Source of the DNA: the human T2T-CHM13v2.0 reference genome, Homo sapiens
Assembly (NCBI RefSeq): GCF_009914755.1
Contig: NC_060933.1
Length of the DNA: 64,000 nt
Strand: one strand, 5' to 3'
The notes under the pieces are model-generated. The model was not told the DNA's origin and ran no database searches. It saw only the letters and a program-made list of their open reading frames with translations. This document shows positions 1-21,780 of this stretch, one piece after another; positions within the stretch are counted from its first letter, which is position 1, and each line of letters begins with the position of its first letter. The position numbers and the translations under genes are program-made.

Positions 1-221
<221 letters not shown>

Positions 222-808
222 TCAGAAGCCAGGCCAGTTACAGCCACAAAGCACCAAACGAGTCCAGGTAGGGGCCAGACTCCACCGGCTCCTGCTGCTC
301 GGCTCCTGGGGGCCACTGTGCCTGCCAGCCCCGGGCCAGGGCCTCTGCGACCCCTGAGGAATTCCCAGGCAGCCATGTCAAGGTCCTCATCCCAACACAT
401 TCTCCACCGAACAGCCCCAGGAGTGTCTGTTCCTTGCCGTGGGAAAGGCCAGGACAGCAGAGCCCACTCCCCTTGCCTGGTCGGCCTTGGGGACTGGTCA
501 GCACCAAGGCGAGGCCAAGTGGAAGAGCTTCTCTCTGTGCTGGAGATGGGGAGGCTGAGGAAGGGCTGTGGTGGGCCTCTGGCAGCTGCACACAGAGGGC
601 ACGGTGACACCGTGTGACAAGGACAGGTGCCCGGCACGGGCAAGAGGAAAGGAAAGAGCCTCGGGCCTGATCCCGTGCACTCAGCCCAGCCGGGGGAGAC
701 CTTGTGTCCTGACGGCCGAACACACCCTCCGGCTGCCCCCCAGGACCACGAGGAGCTCAGCAGGATGCCCAGGGTCCCAGTGGCTCCTGGGCCAGCTGCA
801 GCCCTCAC

Positions 809-3800
809 CTCAGGTAGCGGCGGATAGGCTCACAGGCCACCTCCAGGATGACCATGGAAGGGTCCAGCACACGCAGCGCCTTGATGGCAGAGATATAGAG
901 GGTGATGATGTCACACGTGTTGACGCCTACAGCCAGGGCAGAAGCCAGCAGTCATGCAGTACCCGGGACCACAGCCTCCCAGGGGCAACACCCGAGTAGA
1001 CAGCTGGCCATGCCGGTAGGTGGTCTACAGGTCCCCACTGCAGCCTCGTTCCCTTGTCCCCCCATCCCCACCTCTACCTGTTCACAGGTCCCGCCCTGCA
1101 GGGAGGTCTGTTCTGAGAGAACTAAGTCTCATCACCTCAGACCTACCGGTCAGTCCTGACTCCCTCCAAAGAAGAAACAAGCAAGCTGACGGGCACCTCA
1201 GATCCCCTAAGGACCTCACCAATTGCTTCTCAACCCATTTCTTCCTTAGACCTACAAGTCCAGGGCTGGCAGACTAGGCCCCAGGCTCCCTGGACATGGG
1301 TCCCCTGGTGAGTGTCTAAGCCCAGAGTGCTGGGTGGCCGGGCAGCACACAGCACCTGGATGCAGGAGCCGAGTCTCCAGGGCAGCCTTGAGGGACACGA
1401 GCAGCTGCTGCCTCTGGTCCGTCCTCTCCAGGCAGTACTTGAGGTCCTCGATGGCTGGCCGGGAGTCTGGGAAGTCTACAAGAAGAAGAACATCCCTCAG
1501 GGACAGACATGGATGCGTGCGCACGTGCAGGCTGGTGCAGAGTGTGTGCGGTGTGGGAAAGGACACGTGCTTGCCAGCCCCAGGACGATGATGAGACCAC
1601 CTGCTAGGCACCAGACATCCCCCCGACACTCTGGCGTGCTGATGCATTTGACCACAATGCCACAGGGTGGACAGAGCAACACCCAGGGGCCAGTCCCCAG
1701 CAGGAGCCAAGGCCAAGGCAGCACAGCAGTGGACACCCAGAAGCACTGTCCAGCATCTGCCACACCTGCCCTGATCCAGGCACGGGGGACGCCGCAGTGG
1801 GGACAGTCCCAGCACTGCCCGGTGCACCCCCCTGCAAGAGCGACAGCGAAGGCACAGGGAGCCCCAGACGTGGACACAGGGAGCCCAGATGCAGACACAG
1901 AGCCGACATGGCGAAGGCCCTGGGAGCCCCAGATGCAGACACAGAGCAGACACGGCGAAGGCACAGGGAGCCCAGACGCAGACACAAGGAGCCCAGACGC
2001 AGACACAGAGCAGACACGACGAAGGCCCTGGGAGCCCCAGATGCAGACAAAGAGCAGACACGGTGAAGGCACGGGGAGCCCAGACGCAGACACAGGGAGC
2101 CCAGACGCAGACACAGAGCAGACACGGTGAAGGCACAGGGAGCCCAAGACGCAGACACAGAGCAGACACGGCGAAGGCACAGGGAGCCCAGATGCAGACA
2201 CAGAGCAGACACAGCGAAGGCCCTGGGAGCCCCAGACGCAGACACAGGGAGCCCAGACGCAGACAGAGCAGACACGGCGAAGGCCCTGGGAGCCCCAGAC
2301 GCAGACAGAGCAGACACGGTGAAGGCACAGGGAGCCCAGACGCAGACACAGAGCAGACACGGCGAAGGCACAGGGAGCCCAAGACGCAGACACAGGGAGC
2401 CCAGACGCAGACACAGAGCAGACACGGCAAAGGCCCTGGGAGCCCCAGACGCAGACACAGAGCAGACACGGTGAAGGCACAGGGAGCCCAGATGCAGACA
2501 CAGAGGAGACACGGGGAAGGCCCTGGGAAGACTCCCCAGACGGGAGAGCGGACCCCAGGGCCGGGGCAGGACCACCTCGGACGATGCTGAAGAGCTCCTC
2601 GATGCGCAGGCTGGCGTAGATGCGGTAGAAGAACCTTTGCACGTGGCAGCGCCAGCGGCGCAGGGTGTTGCCGGCCTCGGGAGATGCGGGCCTGGCGGGG
2701 CCGTCCTGCAGGAACACCTTGCCGAGCCAGCCAACCACCCGCTCGATCCACTGTCAGGAGAACGCTAGTGTGAGCTGCAGGGAGGCATGGTGAGCCCCGG
2801 GCTGACTCAGAGGCTGGGAGGAGCCTCACGGCCACCCACCCTGTCGGCCGGGACCGAGGGGAGCCCGAAGGCCACCTGCGTCTGGAGGCTGGAGCACATC
2901 AAAACCTGCAGGGTGGGTGATGGCCCAAAAGGCGACGTCCCGGCCCCCCTGCAGTCTTCGTGCCTCTCACACGCGCCAGTGCCCACACTTATCACTGGCA
3001 GCAGCAACCCTAGCGTGAGACATGACAGACACACACGACCTGTGCGCTGTGCCTGGTGGGCACACTTGCCCCCACTTAAATGGATAAACACGCCCTTGAG
3101 ACCAGCCGGGGGGCCCAGGCGAGCACAAACCTCTAGGTGGCAATTCCGCCGCGGGGCCCAGGCGTGCTCATGCCCCACAGACCTGCTACCCAGTGGCAAG
3201 ACCGCACGGATGTTCACCGTCTCCACCCTACTACCCACTCTTGCCCACCGCTTTGGGGACACCCTCCCTCTTTGAAAACCCAACATCACAGCCAATCTGC
3301 ACCTCAGTAGGGGGACTCTGAAACACTGAGGAAAGGACAGGTGACACATGGGAACAGGATGGGGGGACCCACATGGCTGGGCCCAGCTCCCCTATGGCTC
3401 CGGGAGCCCAGAGCAGAGCCCCAGACCACACCCCAACAGCACAGGTGCCTGGAGGCCCCATGTGAGGGTGTCTCGCTCCCCGCTGTGGTGCAGGCTGGCT
3501 GTAGGTCAGTCCATTAGGGACCGGCCAAGCGAGTCCACACTCAAGTAGGGCAGCAAACAGGAGAAGGGGATCCATTCAGTGGCTCCTCTGGTGGGCCCAG
3601 CTTCGCCACACCTGCCTGAGGTAGCCCCCTCGGGATCCTGGCCCGATACCGCCTGCAGCCATGGGATTCTGCGCAGATCCGAAGAGCGCACCTCAGATGC
3701 GTCCTCGCTGTCACCAGGGCCCAGAAGTACTGGTCTCTACCCCACATCAAGACAGCTCCAGCCACCACCCGGTCTGGGCCCACCCAGGCCTCCATGCTCT

Positions 3801-6195
3801 GGATGCTTCTGAAGCCAGGTGTCAGGTTTGCCAGAAACCTACTCCCCTGTCTCCAGCGGGGCACAGCCCAAGGGAGGGGTCCTCACCTTGTGGAACTCAC
3901 GCAGGAAGGAGCGCTCGTACTCGCCCCGGCAACGGTCCTCCATCCTCTCCCGGGTCACCTGGTGCAGGGTGGTGGTCACAGCCTCGGCACTGACCCGCTC
4001 CAGCAGACTGAGCCTGTGTCTAGAGGAGAGCCCTGGCCATGGGGCACCCAGAGCACACACCGGCCCCTCTAGCCCAGAACAGCCCCATGCCAGGACTGCC
4101 CTGCCTGTAGAGTGCATGCAGCACACACACACACACACACCCAGCACACACCTCCCCACAATCCTCAGCTGTGGGGGGCGGTTGTACCAAAGGCTTCAAG
4201 AAGCCACTGGGAGCACAGAGCACTCCCAGGCTCTGCTGTCCCCGCCCAGCTGGCCTCTATCCAGGTAGGGACACTGGCCTTCCCCATGTGATCAGTGGCA
4301 GCAGGTGTGGCTGTCGGGGGCCCTAGCCTTATCTCCTAGGATCAACTCTGAAACGACAACCAACTGCACTGCTACCCTGGCCGCAGAGGTACAGATGCCA
4401 CTGTTTGTGCCTTTCAGTGCAGTCTCTGGTCTACAGTGACAAAAGGACTCAAGAGGAGGATGAGAAAAGTTGCCGTGTAACTTTTGCAGGGATGAGCCCA
4501 ACAGAAGCCCTTCACGGTCTCCCTGACCCCTGCCAGCAAAAGGAGCACTCCTTTAGTCCACCTTTAGTCCACCTAAGACCTCTCAAGTAGCTGCATGGCT
4601 ACACCCCCGTTCAATGTGACAAAACCACCACAAATGGCCAAGGGTATGACAATTGCTAGAGAACTACAACAGGACCTGTCTCTCACAACAAACCCCTCTC
4701 CTCTCCAAACTAACAAGAGACTGCTTGCCCTCACAGTGACCTGATCTTCCTGGAGAGAAGCAGCAGCAAGCTTCTGTTCACAATTACAGGGCAAGGAATG
4801 TCGACGAGGGTGAGAATCATTCCTCCCCAGGATCGACAAAAGGCACAGTGGAATTCTGCAGAGTCCAGGAAGTTTGGAGTTGCTAAGAAATTTGCTGCTG
4901 CAGACACAAGCCACATAGGGCCTTACCAGGGTCAAGGCATGAATCTGTGGGACTGAAGGTGAGTGACAGAAGAGAGACACCTGTGTCCAGGACACGCTGC
5001 ACAGGAATCCCTGGGACTCTCTCTCTGTCATGTTCCTGGTTATCAGGACGGCTCACCAGCTTTCTGCTGAGGCCAGCTGGACCCAGGGGAGCAGCGGGGA
5101 ACCAGAAGGAGCAAGGGCATGGCCATCGGGACAGACTACTCACAAGACCTGGCTGAGCTGATGGAACTGCTCCAGAGCCTGGCGACACCAGCACTGTTGC
5201 TTGTCACTGCTGCACCCTGCACACAGCGGGCTCTGCAGGAGCCGGTAGTACCGGCGACGGGCATACCGGCTGTCCAGCTCCCCTTCCAGTTCCGGGTCTG
5301 TGCCCCCTTCCCCCTTCCTCTTACTCTGCATATAGACTCTCAAGAAGCACCCATACAGACGCTGGATCATCTCTTGGAAGGTTCTGGGGGTGCTAAAGAA
5401 CAAGACTCCGCGCAACATAGTGTGGACTTCTTCTCGCAGCCCCTGAGCACCAGTGCCCATCAGCAAGCCCAGGCGAGTCCATTTCTCCAGCAGCTCTAGG
5501 CTACGCAGGTAGGGATCCAGGCGGCTCTCCAGCAGGCCAAAAGCGTCAAGGAGTAGCAAAAGGCACTGGGGCTCATCCGCAGAGTTCTCGCATTGGGAGA
5601 TGGCATTCCAGAACTCAGGGGAGATGTTGGCCTGCAGATCGTTCTGCAGCACCTCCACGAACCACTCCTCCAGGACCGAGTGTAGCCCGTGGCCCCTCAG
5701 AACCTCCACCGCCGCCCGGAGCTCCTCTTCCTTTGGCGGGACTGCACCGCTGGTCCGGGAAGACACCTGGGGTGCAGAAAACCGTGAGGCGAGGGGAACA
5801 CAACATAGAGGTGGGGAGAGGCGGGGAAGGGAAGAAGCTGAGGGGGAGGCTGCAAAAACTCCGCTGCCCCCTGTCCGTGCTGCCCGGACGTTGGGCCGAA
5901 GCTATGGAAGGGCTGTCAGCGGAGCTGAACGAAACGAAACGGAAAGGTGGTGGAAAATGGCAGGACAGGACAGAGGCGGATGATGGACAGAGCCGTATGA
6001 ACCCGAGGGTAGCGGCCCCAAAGCGCGTACGGTCCCGGAAACTCCGCGCGGGGCCGCCCCTCTCTTCCCAGGCCTCACCAGCCCCAGCGCAGCCGGCGGC
6101 ACCAGGCCGGTGCTCACGGTGTTCCAGGCCACTAACAACTCCTGTCCGGGCCGGGAGTCGCTGTCCCCCTCCGCCACCACAACTGCCGCCGCCAT
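809..6195 (-). CDS. ANAPC2: Anaphase-promoting complex subunit 2 (cullin-like APC/C subunit), exons 1-6; CDS continues left of the window
   Basis: ATG at 6195 (MAAAVVVAEGDSDSRPGQELL). Coding exons 6195-6079, 5766-5144, 4019-3887, 2750-2576, 1475-1356 and 926-809, all GT-AG and phase-consistent (cumulative 117/740/873/1048/1168/1286 nt). Recognisable APC2 peptides DFPDSRPAIEDLKYCLE and RLLHPGVNTCDIITLYISAIKAL. Confidence 0.96.
1846..2530. repeat. VNTR/minisatellite in ANAPC2 intron 4 (~43-44 bp unit built from ~21-22 bp modules)
   Basis: Repeated GCAGACACAGAGCAGACACGG(T/C)GAAGGCACAGGGAGCCCAGAC, with variants ...GAAGGCCCTGGGAGCCCCAGAC and shorter GCAGACACAGGGAGCCCAGAC modules. Confidence 0.95.
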
Positions 6196-6389
6196 CTGCA
6201 CCCACCGACTCCGAGATTCGCTCGGCGCGGCGCGCGGCGATGACGCACGTCTGCACGCGCAGCCATGACGCGCACAAGGCGCTCAGCGATGACGCGCTAG
6301 TTCGGCGCGCCGTGGGGGAGTCGTGCGCAGGCGCGGACAGCGCTGCTTCCGCGGCGGTTGGGGTGGTGGGGCCCCGGGCGGCGTTGACC
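6196..6389. promoter_or_regulatory. Bidirectional CpG-island promoter ANAPC2/SSNA1
   Basis: Head-to-head ATGs only 194 nt apart; CpG-dense; three ATGACGC CRE/ATF half-sites (TGACG at 6241, 6266, 6290). Confidence 0.85.
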
Positions 6390-7577
6390 ATGACCCAGCA
6401 GGGCGCGGCGCTGCAGAACTACAACAACGAGCTGGTCAAGTGTGAGCGGCGCAGCCGGGACGGGGAGGTCGGGAGGGCCGCAGGGCCGGGTTCCCGGCTC
6501 GCAGCGGGGTGCCCCTGGACCCGCCTCGCTCCGGGCATCGCGCGGCTGAGCAGAGCCCTCCGTGCCGGAGGCCGGGTGTCCGTGGCCCGAGCCCTCGCTG
6601 GCTCGCAGGCCCCGCGCCGGGCGCTCGGGGGTGGTGCCTGACTCTGGCTTCCTCGGGTGGAAGGAGGCCCGCCCTCCGCCGCCGCGCTCCTGCCCTGGGC
6701 CCACAGCGCCGCCCCTCCCGGCCCCCAGGCATAGAGGAGCTGTGCCAGAAGCGGGAGGAGCTGTGCCGGCAGATCCAGGAGGAGGAGGACGAGAAGCAGC
6801 GGCTGCAGAATGAGGTGAGGCAGCTGACAGAGAAGCTGGCCCGCGTCAACGAGAACCTGGCACGCAAGATTGCCTCTCGCAACGAGTTCGACCGGACCAT
6901 CGCGGAGACGGAGGCCGCCTACCTCAAGGTGGAGCTCGGGAGGCCAGGCCGAGCATCAGGGGATAGGCACGGCAGGGGTGTTGCCACGGCAAGGCGTCAG
7001 GACCGGCTGGGGCTCCCGGCTGTGGGCAGTCTGTGCCTCGCTGGCATTTCGGGCAGGGGCAGCGTGGCCAGGCCCATTGAGGAACCCAGGCTGCTGTGGG
7101 AGTGACTGTGGGGCTGTCTGTGGGGCCTGGGGCATCCTGGGTCCTGGTCTTTATCCGGTTCTCGCTAGCCATGTGGTTATTTCTGCTCAGTGTGAAGAGC
7201 CAGGTCTTGGGCAGAGCACCCAGCACGGGCCAGTGCTAACCCAGCCTGGCTTTGAGGGTGGAGAGGAAGTGTTTTGGGTCAGATTCCGGAGGGAAGAGGG
7301 CCCTGCCACCCCGTCTGCCAGTCCCCTTGGGCTTCCGCCTTCCCCCACACAGGATCCCTTGGCTACAGCACCCCCAGCCAGGTCCCAGCACCTGAGTGTG
7401 AGGACAGCTGGGGCTTAGGACCTTACCAACAGGTGAACATTAACAACCTTCTCACTTCTCTGGCCCCAGATCCTGGAGAGCTCCCAGACTTTGCTCAGCG
7501 TTCTCAAGAGGGAAGCTGGGAACCTGACCAAGGCTACAGCCCCAGACCAGAAAAGTAGCGGCGGCAGGGACAGCTGA
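6390..7577 (+). CDS. SSNA1: Microtubule nucleation factor SSNA1 (NA14/DIP13), 119 aa coiled coil
   Basis: Exons 6390-6441, 6729-6928 and 7470-7577 (TGA), total 360 nt; [29 protein letters not shown]...SSGGRDS. Confidence 0.97.
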
Positions 7578-8008
7578 CCAGACCACAGGCAGGGCCTGCC
7601 TCCGTGTGCCCCTCAGCTCAGCCCCAGCAAGTGTGTGCTCAGAGCATCTTTGTTCTTCACGGCAGCAGCTACCTTCCCTCACTGTCTCAGGTGCCAAGAG
7701 GGGCAGGTGCCAGCCTCCACTGGCATCAGTGACAAGCCCAGGGCACAGCCCACCCGGGGGTCCTCGCTTCATGCTCACACAGGCTATGGGGATGGTGGGC
7801 TCCAGGTCAGCTCTGCAAGGGGCTTGTCTCTGTGGCACCCACACTCCTGCCCTGCCAGGGAGGCTCTGGTTGTCTGAGCACCATGGGGGCCCCCTCACCT
7901 TGTCCCTCCTCAGCCAGCAGAGGCCCAGGGCAAGGGACAGGAGGACAGGGGTTCTCCTTCACCGCAGAACCCAAACCTCAGGTCTCACCCCTGTGGCCTG
8001 TGATTATG

Positions 8009-8014
8009 AATAAA
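8009..8014 (+). terminator. SSNA1 polyadenylation signal AATAAA
   Basis: First AATAAA ~430 nt after the SSNA1 stop. Confidence 0.8.
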
Positions 8015-9296
8015 GATTATCTTTGTAAAGATCCGTGCCAGCCTGCTGCTTGCCCGTATCAACAGCATGGGGCTGCCAGACACCTGCAGAGCCAGAGCCT
8101 GAGGCTCCCCCTTGGGAGAGGAGGGAGGAGGGTCTGGAGTGGCCTCCCTGTGACTGCCCCACTAGCCTCAGGGACACCGCTGAGGGTGCCCACCCTCCCC
8201 AGGCCAGCCCCACCCTGAGCCCTCCCCAGCAGGGCCGCCGATCCTCTTCCCCTGACTGGCCCACGGCTCAACCTCCTCTCAGGAGCTCTGCTTGCTCGTC
8301 CTGTTCTCTGCCACACCCTGGTGGCCAGCATAGGACCCAGCCCAGAGAGACAGCTGGGGATGCCAAGCATATCCAGCAGCTGCCTCAGACTCGGGTCCCT
8401 CTCAGCAAGGACTGGGGGGACTTCACACCCCCCACCCCCGTCGGTTCCTCAGTTGCAAGTTTTGCTTGGCCTGATGACACCACTGCTGCCACCAGGCCCT
8501 GCTGCCCACCTTTCCCTGGCCGCACACCAAGCACTGGCCACTTCCGTCCTTCCATGTGCCCTGGGGCCTCTGTTTTGTCCCTGCAGCAACCAAGCACGGC
8601 CCGAGGACTGGGCCGATTTGGGAGGCATGTGTTGATCCAGAGGGTCCAGAAAAGAGCTGGGCCTAACCCGACCAGGGAAATACACCAAACTCTCCTTCCG
8701 CCGGAGTCTGGCCAGACAGCATCTCTTTATCTCTTTGCTCTTAGGTTTGATCCTCCAGGGAGGAAATGGTGCTTGGGTTCCATGGGCTGTAAACAGCCCC
8801 AGCTCTGGCCGTCTGAGGCAGGCGCTGCTCCCGGCCTGCCTCATCCTGTGGGTCGGGGGGCACGCCAAGCCCAGCAGAAGACACCGTCCCCTGTGCTGCC
8901 CTCATGCTGCCCTTCCCTTGGTCCCTCCCCAGGCTCTGGGCCCCTCAGAGAAGCCACTTCAGGCCCAACAGCTGCAACACTCTCACCCTCCCACCTGAAG
9001 TCTAGGCCCCTGACAGCAGGCCTGTCATCCTACCTCCCACAGTGCCAGCTCTGGGAGGCTGGGGTGGAGGGGCAACAGGTTAACAGGCCATGGAAGTTGG
9101 GAGGTCAGAGCCTTGGCCACTGGGACATCAAGGAGTGGGGGTACCAGATCGGGGTCACCTCCCACACACCCTGGCATAGACGTGCAAACTGGGGCCCACT
9201 GGACCCCATGTGGCCTCTTCCTGCAGAGACCTCCCCCTGCTCCCTTCTCAGCCAAGGACCACGCAGTGGGGACACCAGCAGCCTTGTCCAGTGCTG

Positions 9297-9302
9297 TTTA
9301 TT
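9297..9302 (-). terminator. TPRN polyadenylation signal AATAAA
   Basis: TTTATT on the + strand ~470 nt past the TPRN stop. Confidence 0.75.
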
Positions 9303-9774
9303 GAGTCCATCATCAGAGGCAGGAAAGACGCCACTCATCACAGAGGGCATGTGGGCTGCGGGCAGGGGCTTAGGGTCCTGCAGAGGACAAGTAGCTGGGA
9401 CAGCCCTTCACCCCGACACCCCATGGCCACTGTGAGGCAGGCTGAGGAGACAGGACAGGGAATGGCCAGGTGCAGAATCTGCACAGCCCCCTGCCGGGTC
9501 GCAGATGGCCACCACCCAGCAGGCCCCTGGCACTCACCCACAGGCAGTTCCCCACCCCACTTCCCCCTTGGACCCTCCCAAATCAGGGCCGGGGAGTGAG
9601 ACCCAGACCTGGCCCCGATGGCAGGAGGCACCCTAGCTGCTTCCAGGGCCAGGAGGGGTGGGTGGGATACAGTGAGGCCAAACAAGGCAGAAGCGGGTGC
9701 AGTAGTCCCTGGCTACTGCCCAGCTTCCGGGACTCCCACAGCTGGGCTCAGCCTTGGTCCTGGCAGTGCTGGGC

Positions 9775-18374
<8,600 letters not shown>

Positions 18375-18399
18375 GCTGCGAACGCGGCAGCGGACGGCT

Positions 18400-18800
18400 G
18401 GACTGAGGGCCGGAGTGGCAGCCGCCGCCGCGGCCAGCCTGGGCGCCGCGGCCACGCCCCCTCCCGGGCCACCGACCATTGGGGAAAGCCCGCTCTCCCC
18501 GCCCCGTGCGGGAGGCCCACCTATGGCAGGGGAGGAGGGCGGGCCCCTCAAGTGACCCTACCGATTGGACAACACTCGCCTCAACCCCGCCTCCCAAGGG
18601 ACTTCATTGGACAACGCCTATCACCGGAGCTGGCCTCCATTGGGGAAGGCCCCCCGGACACACCCCGGTGCCTCGCGCCGCTCACTGGCAGACCCCACTT
18701 CCGCCTCTGCGCTCTCAGCTCCCGGCGTCCCTGGGGGTAGCCGGGTGCGCGGCCCCTGGACCCTGCGCCCCGAGTGACCTTGGCTGAGCTTGGGACTTCC
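18400..18800 (-). promoter_or_regulatory. TPRN CpG-island promoter with multiple CCAAT boxes
   Basis: ATTGG (CCAAT on -) at 18478, 18564, 18606 and 18639; GC boxes; CpG island spanning exon 1. Confidence 0.7.
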
Positions 18801-19719
18801 TCATGCTGCCAGCACCGAGGCCGCCTGTTCCGTCCGCTGAGAGCGCGGTGCAGGAAGGGCGCTGCTCCAGGACCGAAGGCACCCGTGTCCGTGGACGGTG
18901 CACAGGCCACACTCTGGCCCGGACCCTGCTTTCACCAGGGGTCCTCCGACCTCCGGCAGGTGCCTGCGGGGCTTGGAAATGCCAATTCTGGAGCCCCGAG
19001 CAGCCCCAACGAACCAGTTTCTCAGAAATCCCTAGTTTTTATAGGCTGCCCAGGTGGGAGCCTCTTAACCCAACCTTGCCATCCGTGGTCCCCAAAAAGC
19101 ATCTGCAGGAGCAGGCACAAAGGAAGCAGCCTCTCCCGCCACACGCAAGCAGGTTCACCAGGGCAGGGCCCTGCATGCTTGGAGAGCTCTCCAATGCATT
19201 CAGAGCCAAAAAAAAAAAAAAAAAAAGCCAGGGTAACGGTGGGCCCCATAGGGCCGACCCCTGTGTCTGATTATTCCACCCTGCTGCCACGTTAAGGTTA
19301 CTCCTCTCCCATCGGTTGAACGTCCCCTCATCAAGGCTCCGGATACCATGACCCTGAGGGCACAGCCTCCCGGCTGACAAGTCCCTTCTGCCCCAGGGAG
19401 GGCTTCAGAGTGCTTCCACAGCCTTTCAAGCCTGCAGACAATAGGGAGACCGCTTGGAGTCACGGGGAGAAGGGGAATTGGAGTGCACGGACATCACCTT
19501 CTTTCCATCACCTGCCCTGCAGTCAGCAGCCTGCTCAGTAGACACTGCTGTTTCCCACACCAAGGTCGCCTGGGTCTCTGCAATGATGCAGAACAGATTT
19601 TTTTTTTTTAACTTGGGGATGCCCTTCTCAGCTTCTGTGCCCCATGACAGTCTGCAGCAGCCGCTAGCTTAATGCTTGCCTTATTCTCCTGCCACTCCAT
19701 TAAGCTGGAGAAAATAAAC

Positions 19720-20028
<309 letters not shown>

Positions 20029-20456
20029 AGAATAAACTTTCATTTCAGCTTTCCAGAAGCCAAGTGTCTCCTCCCTTAGGGCCCTCCTCAAATCACCTTT
20101 CTAAAGGAAGCATCTGATGTTCATCACTTCTACCCTAGTAGGGTTGCCCAATTCTGAACTACCAAAATAAAACAGGGGAACACACAAAACACAAAATCTA
20201 GAAATAAATAACATTACGAGGAAACTCACTCCCACTGTTCAGCTTGAATCTGGCTTTGACAAAAGTTATGCCAATCCCAGGCTGGACACAGTGTCGTAGC
20301 AACAAACCAGATAAGCTGCCTCCAACGCAAGCCCCTCCATGGTTTACACAACTAAGCATACACGCCAGGCAGAGGCTGACACCGCACTCCGCTGGCCAGG
20401 CTGATGCATGAGAGCAGAGGTCAGCACACCTGTTCTGTAACGAGCCAGATAGGAAA

Positions 20457-20757
20457 TTTTTTTTTTTTTTTTTTTTTGAGACAGAGTCTCGCTCTGTCGC
20501 CCACGCTGGAGTGCAGTGGTGCTATCTCGGCTGACTGCAATCTCTGCCTCCCAGGTTCAAGCAATTCTCCTGCCTCAGCCTCCTGAGTAGCTGGGATTAC
20601 AGGCATGCGCCACCATGCCCAGCTAATTTTAGTATTTTTAGTAGAGACGGGGTTTCACCACGTTGGTCGGGCTGGTCTCAAACTCCTGACCTCGTGATCT
20701 GCCCGCCTCCGCCTCCCAAAGTGCTGGGATTACAAGCGTGAGCCACCGCATCTGGCC
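20457..20757 (-). mobile_element. Alu
   Basis: Poly-T plus reverse Alu consensus; AGA(T/C)AGGAAAT flanks. Confidence 0.92.
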
Positions 20758-20961
20758 CCAGACAGGAAATATTTTAGCCCACTGGTTTTTGCCAGGGACA
20801 ATTTTGTTCCCCAGGGCCCTTAGCAATGTCTGGATAAACATCTGCTTGTCACAAGTGAAGGCTGCTACTGGCATCTACCCAGGAGAGGCAGGAGCACTGC
20901 GAAACAGACTGCATCCTCACTAGAGAATCTTCTGGCCCCAAAGGCCAAGAGTGCCAATTAA

Positions 20962-21324
<363 letters not shown>

Positions 21325-21774
21325 TGCTTTTGCTTTTAATCATTTAGGGGTGTAAAAACCATCCTCAGCTCAAGGGTCATACAAAAACAGGCCTTAGGAC
21401 ATTGTTTGCTGATCCCTGCTCTACAGAGTGCCAACAAGGCCCACAAAGACCACACTCTGGCAAGAAGTCATGGGCTCTGGGGTCACAAACTATTCAATGG
21501 GTCTTTAACATGAGCCCAGATTGTTGTCTTCATACAGGGTGGGGGGGGGGGTGCCTGAGTTACCCACCTCCTAGAGCAGGAAGGAGGGATTCTCCAGAAC
21601 AAGTGATTCCCACCACCACCATCCACTAAGCTCTAGCCACAGGTTTCAATCCATTTAAAACCGCAGCTCTGTAACCAGCTACACCACGTAGCAGAGAGTA
21701 TCTCAATATTCATCCTATTTAACCCTTGAGGGTTACAGGCAACCACTATTCATTTCAGGAAAACATTCTCTTAC

Positions 21775-21780
21775 TTTATT
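21775..21780 (-). terminator. TMEM203 polyadenylation signal AATAAA
   Basis: TTTATT on + about 900 nt past the TMEM203 stop. Confidence 0.65.

Noticed and set aside
1846-2530. CRISPR-like array
   Set aside because: Head-to-tail modules with no unique spacers, no cas genes, and a human intron context: a VNTR.
1252-2835. Long ORFs (527, 413, 376, 272, 233 aa) across the ANAPC2 intron-4 repeat as independent genes
   Set aside because: They result from a stop-free minisatellite and partial overlap with true ANAPC2 exons.
5733-6641. 302-aa ORF over the ANAPC2/SSNA1 promoter
   Set aside because: Non-ATG start, spans a CpG island and reads into SSNA1 intron 1; only codons from 6390 are real.
19431-19450. 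Good minus-strand 3' splice site between TMEM203 and TPRN (possible read-through exon)
   Set aside because: No convincing partner donor or coding frame is identifiable from sequence alone.
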